From the NCBI GenBank assembly GCA_009859145.1, contig VRVR01000010.1, positions 99,330 to 163,329 on the forward strand: 64,000 bases of DNA. The letters run 5' to 3'. Under the pieces are notes generated by a model, which did no database searches, was not told the DNA's origin, and saw only the letters and a list, made by a program, of their open reading frames with translations. This document shows positions 54,842-64,000 of this stretch, one piece after another (positions within the stretch are counted from its first letter, which is position 1; each line of letters opens with the position of its first letter). The translations under genes and the position numbers were made by a program. Source of the stretch: Andalucia godoyi And28 (taxonomy: Eukaryota; Protista; Jakobida).

Positions 54842-55343
54842 ATGGCGGCTCTCCAACTGATCAAGGATCTCATTGCAAAGCACGCAAACACAGTGCTGAT
54901 CTTTTCCAAGACATACTGGTATGTCGAAATGCTCCCATTTCACCGTTTCATTATTATTCTTCTTGTAATCCTCGACTCTTTTCAAAAGACAGAAGGGAAA
55001 AAACCAACCAGGATTCCGAAGACCTTTTACATGTTTCTTTTTGGCGTTTTTTTAATGTATTTTTCTTCTTTCTTTCTTTTTGCTTTTTGTTTGATGACAT
55101 GGTAGTCCGTACTGCTCGGAAGTGAAGAAGCTGTTTGACAAGAAGAAAGTGGCCCATATCGATTACGAACTTGATGAAATGCCGAATGGAGACGAGCTGC
55201 AGCAAGCCCTTTCGACAATTACAAAGGTGTCGACCGTTCCCCAGGTCTTTGTATACGGCACATTTACTGGCGGATGTACGGACAACCAGGCGCTGGACAA
55301 GCAGGGAAAGCTCGACAAGATGCTCGCCAAACAGCAGGAGTAA
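54842..55343 (+). CDS. GLRX: Dithiol glutaredoxin (CPYC); exons 54842-54918 and 55106-55343
   Basis: Splicing 54919-55105 creates FSKTYCPYC; also TVPQVF and GGCTD motifs. Confidence 0.95.
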
Positions 55344-55812
55344 GCTCTGTGTATGCTGCTTTATGCGCACACCTAGTTGCTCCAAGCGACCCTACACTGT
55401 TCTCTGGTAAGGCGCACGAGCTGAGACGGGCTTATCCGTATTTGCCGATCATTTGCCTGTTAGTAAAAAAAAATGTTTTCACAGCTGTTGTATGTCCAAC
55501 GCAGATATGTACATACCGTAAATACAAAGTCCGAAAAGGCTGAGACCCCTTCTCTTGATGCAACCCAGTTGATGCTCGGTAAATTTCGCGCTGATAACCT
55601 CAATTTCCGAATAAGCTGTGTTTGAGCCATTTGGGCAATTGGACTGCATCGTTTCTCTTCTGCTGATTCTTCTTTTGCTCTTTGATTTCTTTTTTCCTTT
55701 GCGATCGTTTTTGGTACGAGTCTCCTTTTTCCCCTCCCCTGTGTCCAAGGTTTTCCAAGTAAACTAAGCCCAAAGCTCAAAGACTGAAGCCCGAAGCTTA
55801 AAGACTGAAGAG

Positions 55813-57021
55813 ATGTTTAGCAGGCCGTTGATTTCGTCGACAGTCCGACACATAGTGTGCGGCTCTGGACCAAAGCCAAATGGTGTTGGTGGGGCGGTGG
55901 CGGTGGCGGTGCTGCGTGGCGGACCGCAAGCAGTGCATGTTCGTCATTTTGTGTCGTTTTTGGACACTTTCAAGAAGCTGATGAAGGAGCGCATGGCAAA
56001 AAATGCCGAGTTCAAGGAGGTTATTTCGCAGGTCGAAGCGTCGCCTACTATGCAAAAAACAGTCCAGGCGTCAGAGGCAGTCACGGAATCGCTGAAACGA
56101 GGCAAGGAAGCGACTTCAGAGGCCGTGGAAAAGGCCTGGGAAGCATCGAAACCAGTCAGGGAAGTAGTAAACTCGGCTGCGACGCGTGTGGCATCGGATC
56201 CTCTTGTGCAGGCATCGGTGGAAGCTATCAGGGTGCGGGTCGAGCGGTTATCAAAGACTGTCGATGACATGGAGAATAGCGACATTAAGGAGTATCGAAA
56301 GAAAATGTACGACAGACTAAAGTATTCGTCGGTTCCGGAAGGACAGGCGGCGGAGGGGGGCAGCAGCAAGGATGGAAGTATGAAGAAACAGAATACTGTG
56401 GATAAGGATAATGCGCCGTACGGAGGTGCTGTGGAAAATGTCGATATCAACACAACGGCTGGCGAGCTGCTGATTGTGGAGCAGGAACCGGATGCAGCGC
56501 AAGAAAAGGGATGGAAAAGAGTGAAGTCGTGGTTTTCGCTCAAGGAAACAGAAGATGCGCAGGTCATGGGTGAGCTGTATGCAAAGGAACCAGACTTTAA
56601 CCTCGAATTTTTCCTAAAGTTCTTGGAAAAGGATCTCATTCCGCAGGTGCTGGAGGCGAGTATCTCGGGTGATTTGGACTTTTTGCGGGGTATCTGTGCA
56701 GAGCCGGCATTCAAGTCCGTTGCGACATTGGTGGAGTACAGAAGGACGCAGAGTGTGGTGGTGGATCCGAGGATTTTGGATGTCAGACAGGTACGATTGG
56801 CAAGTGCAAAGTTTGTCGAAGATGAACCAGTCTTGCTCGTTGCGTTCCAGGCGCAGCAGGTCAATTGCGTGCGCGATTTGACAGGTAAGGTCTTGTATGG
56901 AGCGGAAAACGACATCCGAAACAACCATTACATTTGGGTGCTTCGTCACGATCCTGCACAAAAGGAACCACGATGGGAAGTTGTCGAAATGGCTGTCCAG
57001 GCATCCCTTCCGACCATGTAA
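55813..57021 (+). CDS. TIM44: Mitochondrial import translocase subunit Tim44
   Basis: Presequence-like N-terminus; C-terminal Tim44 domain (EPDFNLEFF...IPQVLEA...DPRILDVR...FQAQQVNCVRD...G...WVLR). Confidence 0.92.
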   Translation: MFSRPLISSTVRHIVCGSGPKPNGVGGAVAVAVLRGGPQAVHVRHFVSFLDTFKKLMKERMAKNAEFKEVISQVEASPTMQKTVQASEAVTESLKRGKEATSEAVEKAWEASKPVREVVNSAATRVASDPLVQASVEAIRVRVERLSKTVDDMENSDIKEYRKKMYDRLKYSSVPEGQAAEGGSSKDGSMKKQNTVDKDNAPYGGAVENVDINTTAGELLIVEQEPDAAQEKGWKRVKSWFSLKETEDAQVMGELYAKEPDFNLEFFLKFLEKDLIPQVLEASISGDLDFLRGICAEPAFKSVATLVEYRRTQSVVVDPRILDVRQVRLASAKFVEDEPVLLVAFQAQQVNCVRDLTGKVLYGAENDIRNNHYIWVLRHDPAQKEPRWEVVEMAVQASLPTM

Positions 57022-57177
57022 AGATTGTGCATCGTCATCACCAGCATGCGAGGTCCTCATGATAACCGCCACTGCACTTGCTTTTTTTTATATACACTCA
57101 AAAAGTATACATTCTTGCACTATTGCCTTGGTGCAATCGAAACTCAATCGACACCATCGAAATCAGACTGCACAGCT

Positions 57178-58542
57178 TCATGTTCGGGGAGGATCGACAG
57201 GAAGATTCGGCTGATTGTACGACGCTGCAGATGCGCTGTTGCTGCTGCTGCTTGGATAGGGATTGTCATACAGCAAGGGGCGTCGCGCACGTGGAACCTC
57301 TCGAGGACGCGAAACAACGCTGGATCGCTTGAAACTCGAACCCTGTTGCAGAATATGCAGGTCATCCGTCGAGTGATCCGAAGTGGAAGGACTGTTATCG
57401 AGCATTGCGCTCATGCGAAATGCTTCATCGGGATGAATATGGCGCACTGGAACCTGTGCTGCGGGTGGCGCCAAACTCGGTTTTCTATAGTACACTTCGT
57501 CGTGGTCCCCGTGAGAATCGGGATGGAGACTGCCGTCGATGTCGATTTTGTACACTGAGTCAACTGATTTGCGATATGGACCGTCCGACGGCTGAAGGAC
57601 ACGAATTGGAAGATTAGGAGAACTGCCCGCATTTAAGAGATGATGCGCAATGGAGCCTGGATGCATAGACGACGGTCGATAGTAGTGCTGCTGCTGCTGT
57701 TGTTGTTGTTGTTGTTGGTGGTGGTGGTAGAGGTGGTGATGCTGACGTTGATGGTAATGGCGATCGGAAAGTTGAGACGGATCTGCATACATTTCAAACT
57801 CGCGGAACTTTCCGTCAGATGATCGCCCGCCGACTGCACCGGCGTCAGAAAGCAGCAATGAGGCGGACGCTCGGCTGGCTGTACCCATCGCTCCAAGACG
57901 AACAGGCGGTGACAAACGAGCCTCGTGTTGAATCGACAGAAAATGTTCTTCATGCAATGGCAGGCGGTCATCAAACGGAGTCTGGAAGTCGGACTGGGTG
58001 CTCACTCGCCGTGCAGCCTGGATAAGAACGCTGTTACGCAGCCCACTGCTGTCCGAGAGTGAAAAGTGGCGTTCTGCAACGAGCCCGTCCGAGGAAACGC
58101 CGTGACCGTCATCTGCGATCCACGCCTTTCGCTGGGCAAATGCAGCACGCCTTTCCAAGAACTCCTTGGACGGCTGCATTTGTTCATGATCAGCCGACAT
58201 TCGTCTAGAAGGTGTCTGCGATTGTGGAGAGCTATTCCAATACACATCTGAAACAGATGCAGAACCGCCACTGCCCACGGAGATTCTTCCCGACGTCGTC
58301 TGTCGCCAATCCGGAGAACCAAATTCAGATCCCGACAGTGTTTCCACCGGTGTGTGCGTTGCAGCGCTCTTTCTCGTTCTAACTCGCTGAGGACTCGAAT
58401 TCTGATTTTCTTCATCGTCGCTGTCATTCTGCCGCTCAGCTGCCTTTCTGTTGCTGCGAACAACCAAGAACCCAATGAGACCAAGAATCACAAACGCAGC
58501 AGCCAGCCCAATGATGTATCCTTCTGTTTCTCCAAGAGCCAT
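57178..58542 (-). CDS. Single-pass membrane protein with N-terminal TM and disordered Ser/His/Gln-rich cytosolic tail
   Basis: N-terminal hydrophobic helix YIIGLAAAFVILGLIGFLVV followed by RSNRK; the rest is low complexity. Confidence 0.75.
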   Translation of the reverse strand: MALGETEGYIIGLAAAFVILGLIGFLVVRSNRKAAERQNDSDDEENQNSSPQRVRTRKSAATHTPVETLSGSEFGSPDWRQTTSGRISVGSGGSASVSDVYWNSSPQSQTPSRRMSADHEQMQPSKEFLERRAAFAQRKAWIADDGHGVSSDGLVAERHFSLSDSSGLRNSVLIQAARRVSTQSDFQTPFDDRLPLHEEHFLSIQHEARLSPPVRLGAMGTASRASASLLLSDAGAVGGRSSDGKFREFEMYADPSQLSDRHYHQRQHHHLYHHHQQQQQQQQQQHYYRPSSMHPGSIAHHLLNAGSSPNLPIRVLQPSDGPYRKSVDSVYKIDIDGSLHPDSHGDHDEVYYRKPSLAPPAAQVPVRHIHPDEAFRMSAMLDNSPSTSDHSTDDLHILQQGSSFKRSSVVSRPREVPRARRPLLYDNPYPSSSSNSASAASYNQPNLPVDPPRT

Positions 58543-58993
58543 CCCTGCGCAGTATACATGCCCTTTATATGATATCGTCCCTCAGCAAAAGGTTTTCAAA
58601 TGACAGAACAGGTGATCCGAAGCAAGGGATCAATGAGGTCAACCTCGGAAGCAGCAATTGTTCGTGGTTCAGCAGTCAGTACAAGAGAAACAAAAGAAGA
58701 AAACATGACAGAAAACATGAAACGTGAAGAAGAAAAAAAAAACGGAAGTTCCGCACCCTAAACGCGTCTGTCAACGATTTTCAAAAAACAACGAAGCTGA
58801 GCAAAGGGCATCTTTTGGAAAGTGCAAAGTGACAGACACGATTCTGTGGCTGCTCGTGCGCTGCACTTCACTGAGCCATTGTTGTTTGAAGGCAAAAAAT
58901 ATATGTGTATGTTGCCTGCCAAAGCTGCTGATACGAATTGGATGAGCAAATAAGGAACAGGAAGCCTTTTTTGCTGGCACTCCTCTGTTCTTG

Positions 58994-61900
58994 TTACAGC
59001 AGCATGTCGGAGAACAAGCACTGCAAATGAGCAAAGATGTCGCGCGTTGTTACTATCCAGTCAACGATATGGAGCCGAACGGCGTTTCTCCCGACTTCTT
59101 CAAACAAGAAAGACTGCTTGATGACTCGTGCATCAACAACGTATGCTTTGGAGTTTCCATTCATCCAGACCGATGTGGCATTCGGGACTGTTGTCTGCAT
59201 GAACCCATCTACGTCGTCTTCGTAAACAGGATCCTCGAGCGTCATGAATATCCAGAGCTGATTCTTCAAGATGTCATTCAGCTCGGACCAGGATCCGAGT
59301 GCTCGCACAGTTCCGCGATGGAGAACCACAAGCTTGTCAGCGAGAGTGCAGGCTGCCAACGACATCTGAGAAGTAACCAGGATGACCGATCGCCCACAAC
59401 TGGCAAACCACCGAATGGATTCTATGCAGATGTCCCGGCTTTCGTTGTCCAAATCTGCAAATGGCTCATCCAGAACAACAGTCTCTGGGAAACCCACAAA
59501 CGCCACCGCCAGTCGCAGTCGCTGTACCATTGCTGGCGAAAAAGCAGAGACCGGCGCGTTTGCGGTGAACTGTAAGCGGAAACGGTAAAGGACTTCCTTG
59601 ATGTCCTTGAGGACGTACGCAGAAGGAGTGCTGCGACACGAGGAGAAGAAGTGCAGAATTGTTTTGGCAGATATCGTGGGAGGGAAGCAACTATCAGAAA
59701 CCGAGAAGGAGACGCCCGTTCGGAAGGACCTGGATTTGCTTTCCAGCCGCTCAGATCGGAAAAACACCGCCCCCTCTTCTTGCAAGCTCTCTCCTGCAAA
59801 GAGTCCTATAAGCTCCTGTCTTTCTTCCTGTGTCTTTGTCAGGATCACGGTTATCTGGTCTCTTTGAGGACAGATGCTTACCCTGTTTGCGAAGCTCGCA
59901 ATGTCTTTGCCGTGCACTTGACGACGCTTACTGATACGAAAGATGCGGAACGGAATGTCGGCCTCGGCATTCTTCTCGAGACCCAGCTGATAGCTCCTGG
60001 TATCTTCGGCAGAGACTCCTTTTCGGAAATCCTCTTCTGCTGGAAAGATCACCTCACCATTTTCAGGATCCGTGGCGCTGGTTTTGCTGACTTTGTTTTT
60101 CTTGTTTTGGCGAACACGAGAGAAAAACCCAACGGGGATGCCAAATACTGTGTTTCTACGCACACCAAGCTCCGAGAATCCTCCTTCGTAAATCACGACC
60201 CCGCATAGCAGAGCTGCGGCTTGCACAGCCAAGGCAAGCAAAAGGCGGTCCAGCCGGGCTTCGGGGTCAAACGAATTCGACACCGTGATTCCTTCCTCTG
60301 GGCTCCCTGAGGCATTCGACAGATGAGAGATCATGCGATAAAGTGTGAAGGATGGAACAGCAAGATTGATGATTTCAATGCTGTTGAGCAAGTACTCTTC
60401 GTCCATCAGTGGGCCGCTGTTCAGATATCTCGCACTCACAATCCAGGGAACGAGAGAAAAGAACAGCGTGATCTGGTCGGACACCACGTTTTCGCAAGCC
60501 AAGTGGGCGATGTAGGATAGAAGAATGCACATTCCTGACCAGGCAGCAAAGACTACAAAAATGACGGCGCCGCTGTTGATAACAAAGACGGGTAGGCCCA
60601 GGCCGAGGCCGAAACCGTACGTGATACTCGAAAACAGCGCTGACGACAGCAACCCAAAAAGAAAGAAGTTGAGGGCGTATGACTTCCTTTCAATCCCGTT
60701 TCGAAACATCAGTTTGCGGAAGCCACTTCTACGCAAGTGGGAAAGACTAAACAGCATCCGAGCAATGGGCATGTGCAGGATGAAAACGATGACTGGAACT
60801 TGGATGATGGGCAGCACGTCAATGTGTTCAGAACTTTTCGAACTTGGAAATGGCTTTGCAACCGAAAACAGTGCTCCGGACGGAGTGCCGTCTGTGGCAT
60901 CGATGCTTTTCCAAAACATTGTATGAAGCAAGCCGACCAGTGCCGGCACCTCGATTCCCGGATAAAGGCGGCGATCCGTGATCACGGGAGTCCCCCCGAT
61001 TGTACCGTTATAGTACAGTACGTAAGAAATCTTTCCGGTGTCTGGATCCACTTCATTCAACAAGAAAGACCCCGGGTGGCCAACGTCGTTTTTCATATTT
61101 TCCTGCAGAAATGCCAGAAGAGCTTCCTCCGACTCGTGCCGAGAACTCGAAAGACGAGAAGGAAACTGTCCAAGTGTTCAACAAAAAAAGGGGGGGACGG
61201 GGGGAGTGTGGCGAGGTGCCGGTCGTCAGTTGCAGTTCACACCAACAGTACACGCGAAAGTCACGAAGAAGAAGAACAAGTACGTGCGATGCGATTATTT
61301 TGACTGTGAAGGAAAGAGACATACTGGTGACAAAACCTCGTCAAAACCGAGAAACAGCTGCTCCATCGTGCTATTCTCCGGTCCAGAGGATAAGTCCACG
61401 TAGGGGAGGTGAATTCGGAACTCAGCAGTAGCCCCATATCTGAACAGTTCATCGTAATCAGCATCATTGTTGTTGTAAATATAGAATTGTTTGTCGAGAA
61501 AGTGAGATTGAGAAACCTTCACATGGAAATCAATCAAAAGTCAAGACAAACGAGAAGCAAGAGAAATCATACACGATGTTAAATCGGTCAGTGGGTGGTT
61601 TGCTTTGCGGCACCAAAGTATACTGCGTCCTGGACATTTCAAAGTCGTTTAGAATCAAGAGAGACGACAACTGCGCCACAAGGAATAACAAACAAAAAAA
61701 AAGTAACACAATAACATGATTAGTGACAGACAGCGAGATCGGTGTTAAGAACTGCGGGTCGATTTTCCGAAGGTAACATACGATGATCAGTGGACATATC
61801 CAGAACACAAACTCGGAGGTCATGTATCGCAACTGAACCCGGGTCCAAACGGGAAGCAAGGCAAACGTATTCCTAATCAGAGAGTATGACTTTTTGTCAA

Positions 61901-62108
61901 AAATGGGCTTCAGACTCGCCTTTTCCTCCTGCGGACGCTCTGACTCGTTCACATCCTCGCCGCCAAAGTCGTTTGCATCGATCACTTCAGGCTCATTATC
62001 GTCATCATCGACGCCATCATCATTATCGCTGACGTCTCTGTCGGTTTTGACGTCTCTGGGCTTGGGGTTGGGCGCCGGTTGCTGATACTTTGAATTCCTC
62101 AGCTTCAT
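58994..62108 (-). CDS. Half-size ABCA-like transporter with degenerate NBD (predicted exons 62108-61575, 61516-61325, 61102-58994)
   Basis: N-terminal TM, exoplasmic domain, 5-TM block (GLPVFVIN), then an NBD retaining VVLDEPFADLD and RSVILVT. The first intron donor (GTGTAT) is less certain. Confidence 0.75.
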
Positions 62109-62504
62109 CTCTGCCCTTGCAAATTCTTCCTTGTACTTCTTCTTTTTTTATTTCTCTTTTGCTTGCTCGTATCTGAAAAGACAAAAATCATGGTCGAGAT
62201 TCTTTCTTGCTGAAGTACCGGTGTCAAACGTTTGCTATCGCACAGTGGCATTTTCATTATTATTATTATTTTATTTTTTTTGAAAACTCAAGAATGTTTG
62301 CAAACTGTTGTAATAAAAACAAAAAAAGGGTGTTCCCAACGAATCGGGAATCTCTACGCCTGTTACGTTCCATCAATCTCTCCATTTGCGTGCTCTCCAA
62401 TATGAATGAGGTTTCATATGAATTTACGAATTCCGTATTGTTATTTTTTCTTCTTCTTTCTTTGCCTGCTTTTTCTGTTTGTTTTGTATAGGAAAGAGTG
62501 GACA

Positions 62505-64000
62505 ATGGGCAGTGCAGATATACGCAGAAAAGCCAAGGCTGCGGCAAGCCGATTTGGCAGATGGGTTAAAGAACGTGCGCTCCAAACGATCTATTTGCTG
62601 CAAAAGGAAGCGTTGCAAATTGTATGCTTTCGTATTTCGAAGCTGGTTTCTCTGTGCTTTTTTGGCTTTTGTTTTTGTTATTCAAGCGATTTGTATTCTT
62701 ATGATCTGTTTGTGTACTCATCGGGCGGGGGTGCAGAGATTCGTCAAAGTTAGCATCCTACTGTCACTGACGACACTGACAGCATGCACGGTCTTGATTA
62801 AGCTGTCTGAGCCGTGGTTTTCGACGGTCCCTTTCATTGAGCAAATGGAAAATCCAAGTATGTTTTTCGTTCACGGCGACCAATCCACCTCACCCCACCC
62901 CACCCCACTCACTCACTCACTCACTCACTCACTCACTCACTCACTCACTCACTCACTCACTCACGCATTGATTTTTATTATTGCCACCATGAATCCTTTC
63001 CGAGCAGTTGTTGTACCACCAAAGACAAGAATCGGACAACTGGATCTTTGCCAATCGCTGTCTTCGGTGCCAAAATGCAAAAAAATACTCTACAGTCCTG
63101 CAGAAGCCCCGTTTTCGGATATCGTTCTTGGGGCGATGAACAAGGCCAAAGTCGATCTCAGTTCAGTTGTGGGCTTTGCGAAAGAGGATGATCTTGATGA
63201 ATACATCGAAAACAACAAAGAAGACGTGTTTGGAGCATACGTCTTCAACTCTTCTCGGGTTGCACTCGTTACGGAAAAACCGCCAAAGTTCAGATACTTT
63301 TATGCCGTCCAGTACGATTTCCAAAAAACTTGCTTTCGACGACTGAAGTGCACCAACCCAACCATGGAGGTTGCGGCGCCCATGATTGTAGCCATGGATC
63401 AGTATCTCTGTATGTGTTTTCTCATGTTCAGAAAAATACGCTCCTTTGTGTTTTCCTCTGCCTGCTGCTGACCGTTCTCTTCTTGCCCACTGAATTTTTG
63501 ACAATCATTCATCTTGTTCACGATTCAACGCCCCGCCGTTTCTCCAAACAGTGTCGTTTGAGAAAGCAGAAGCTTCCATTGAAGCGCAGCTTGCGCCATT
63601 TCCCAGAAGAAAACAGCAGATCAAAGAAGCGCACAGAACATTTGCCCCTCTCATTTACTTGTTCGGGTTTTCATTCATGGGAATGCTTGCCACTTACAGA
63701 ATGGACCAGGACCGTGAATGTTTTGTGAAGGAAATGGTAGTAATGCAAGCAGTCCGCGACTCCTCGGTGTGGATTGCAAAAGTCATCTTTGAATGGGCTC
63801 TGGCTATCGTTGGCCTGTTCACTGCTCTCGCCGTGGGATCCGCGATGGGCCTGCCGTTTGTGGTTCTGAATGGTTTTGACATGATTCTGAGGGCTTTCAC
63901 AGCGTTTGCCTTGTGGCACGTTTTGTTTGCCTGCATATGTGGTGCGAAAAAGCATTCCGGAACGAGGGCGTCGATCACATCGCACGCATTCTTGCACTGC
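62505..64000 (+). CDS. Second ABCA-like transporter, N-terminal part (exons 62505-62621, 62737-62857, 63008-63409, 63552 to beyond 64000); runs off the window
   Basis: Three GTATGY...CAG introns join in frame. TM1, then exoplasmic domain, then FAPLIYLFGFSFM...KEMVVMQAVRDSSVWIAK...GLPFVVLN; open to the window end. Confidence 0.7.
62906..62964. repeat. (CACT)n intronic microsatellite
   Basis: Read directly; lies within predicted intron 62858-63007. Confidence 0.9.

Noticed and set aside
62148-62150. In-frame TAA 14 codons upstream of the ABCA-like ATG, hinting at stop-codon reassignment
   Set aside because: Conserved genes in the window end normally at TAA, TAG or TGA and contain no internal stops; it is simply 5' UTR or a homopolymer artefact.

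Overview
Gene-dense, intron-poor nuclear DNA from a eukaryotic microbe. Introns are GT-AG and about 45-335 nt, the genetic code is standard, and microsatellites are common in UTRs and introns. The organism probably has a flagellum or basal body (PACRGL, CEP41, ARL2) and a mitochondrion or related organelle (TIM44, SLC25 carrier, KGD4). The lineage cannot be fixed from this window; the polyubiquitin lacks the rhizarian junction insertion. I find about 31 protein genes and one initiator-type tRNA-Met. Most are housekeeping: NAXE, PUS7, SMC1, COPB1, RPS16, RPL13, STUB1, ARL2, SGPP, COG4, EXOC5, Ub2, Grx, TIM44. Main hidden feature, absent from the ORF track: a frameshifted Fanzor2/TnpB RNA-guided nuclease remnant at about 24.87-25.29 kb (RuvC-II, zinc finger, RuvC-III), followed by a strongly structured omegaRNA-like right end and a predicted guide. 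Other highlights: a head-to-head pair of half-size ABCA-like genes, one with a dead ATPase domain; a bacterial-type CoA-disulfide/persulfide reductase-rhodanese; a bacterial NIP-like aquaporin with an NPG motif; a DAZ/Boule-like RRM protein; an EF-hand-purple acid phosphatase fusion; telo-box motifs at both ribosomal protein genes; and a candidate structured poison exon in RPS16 intron 2. All family assignments come from motif recognition by eye; no searches were run.
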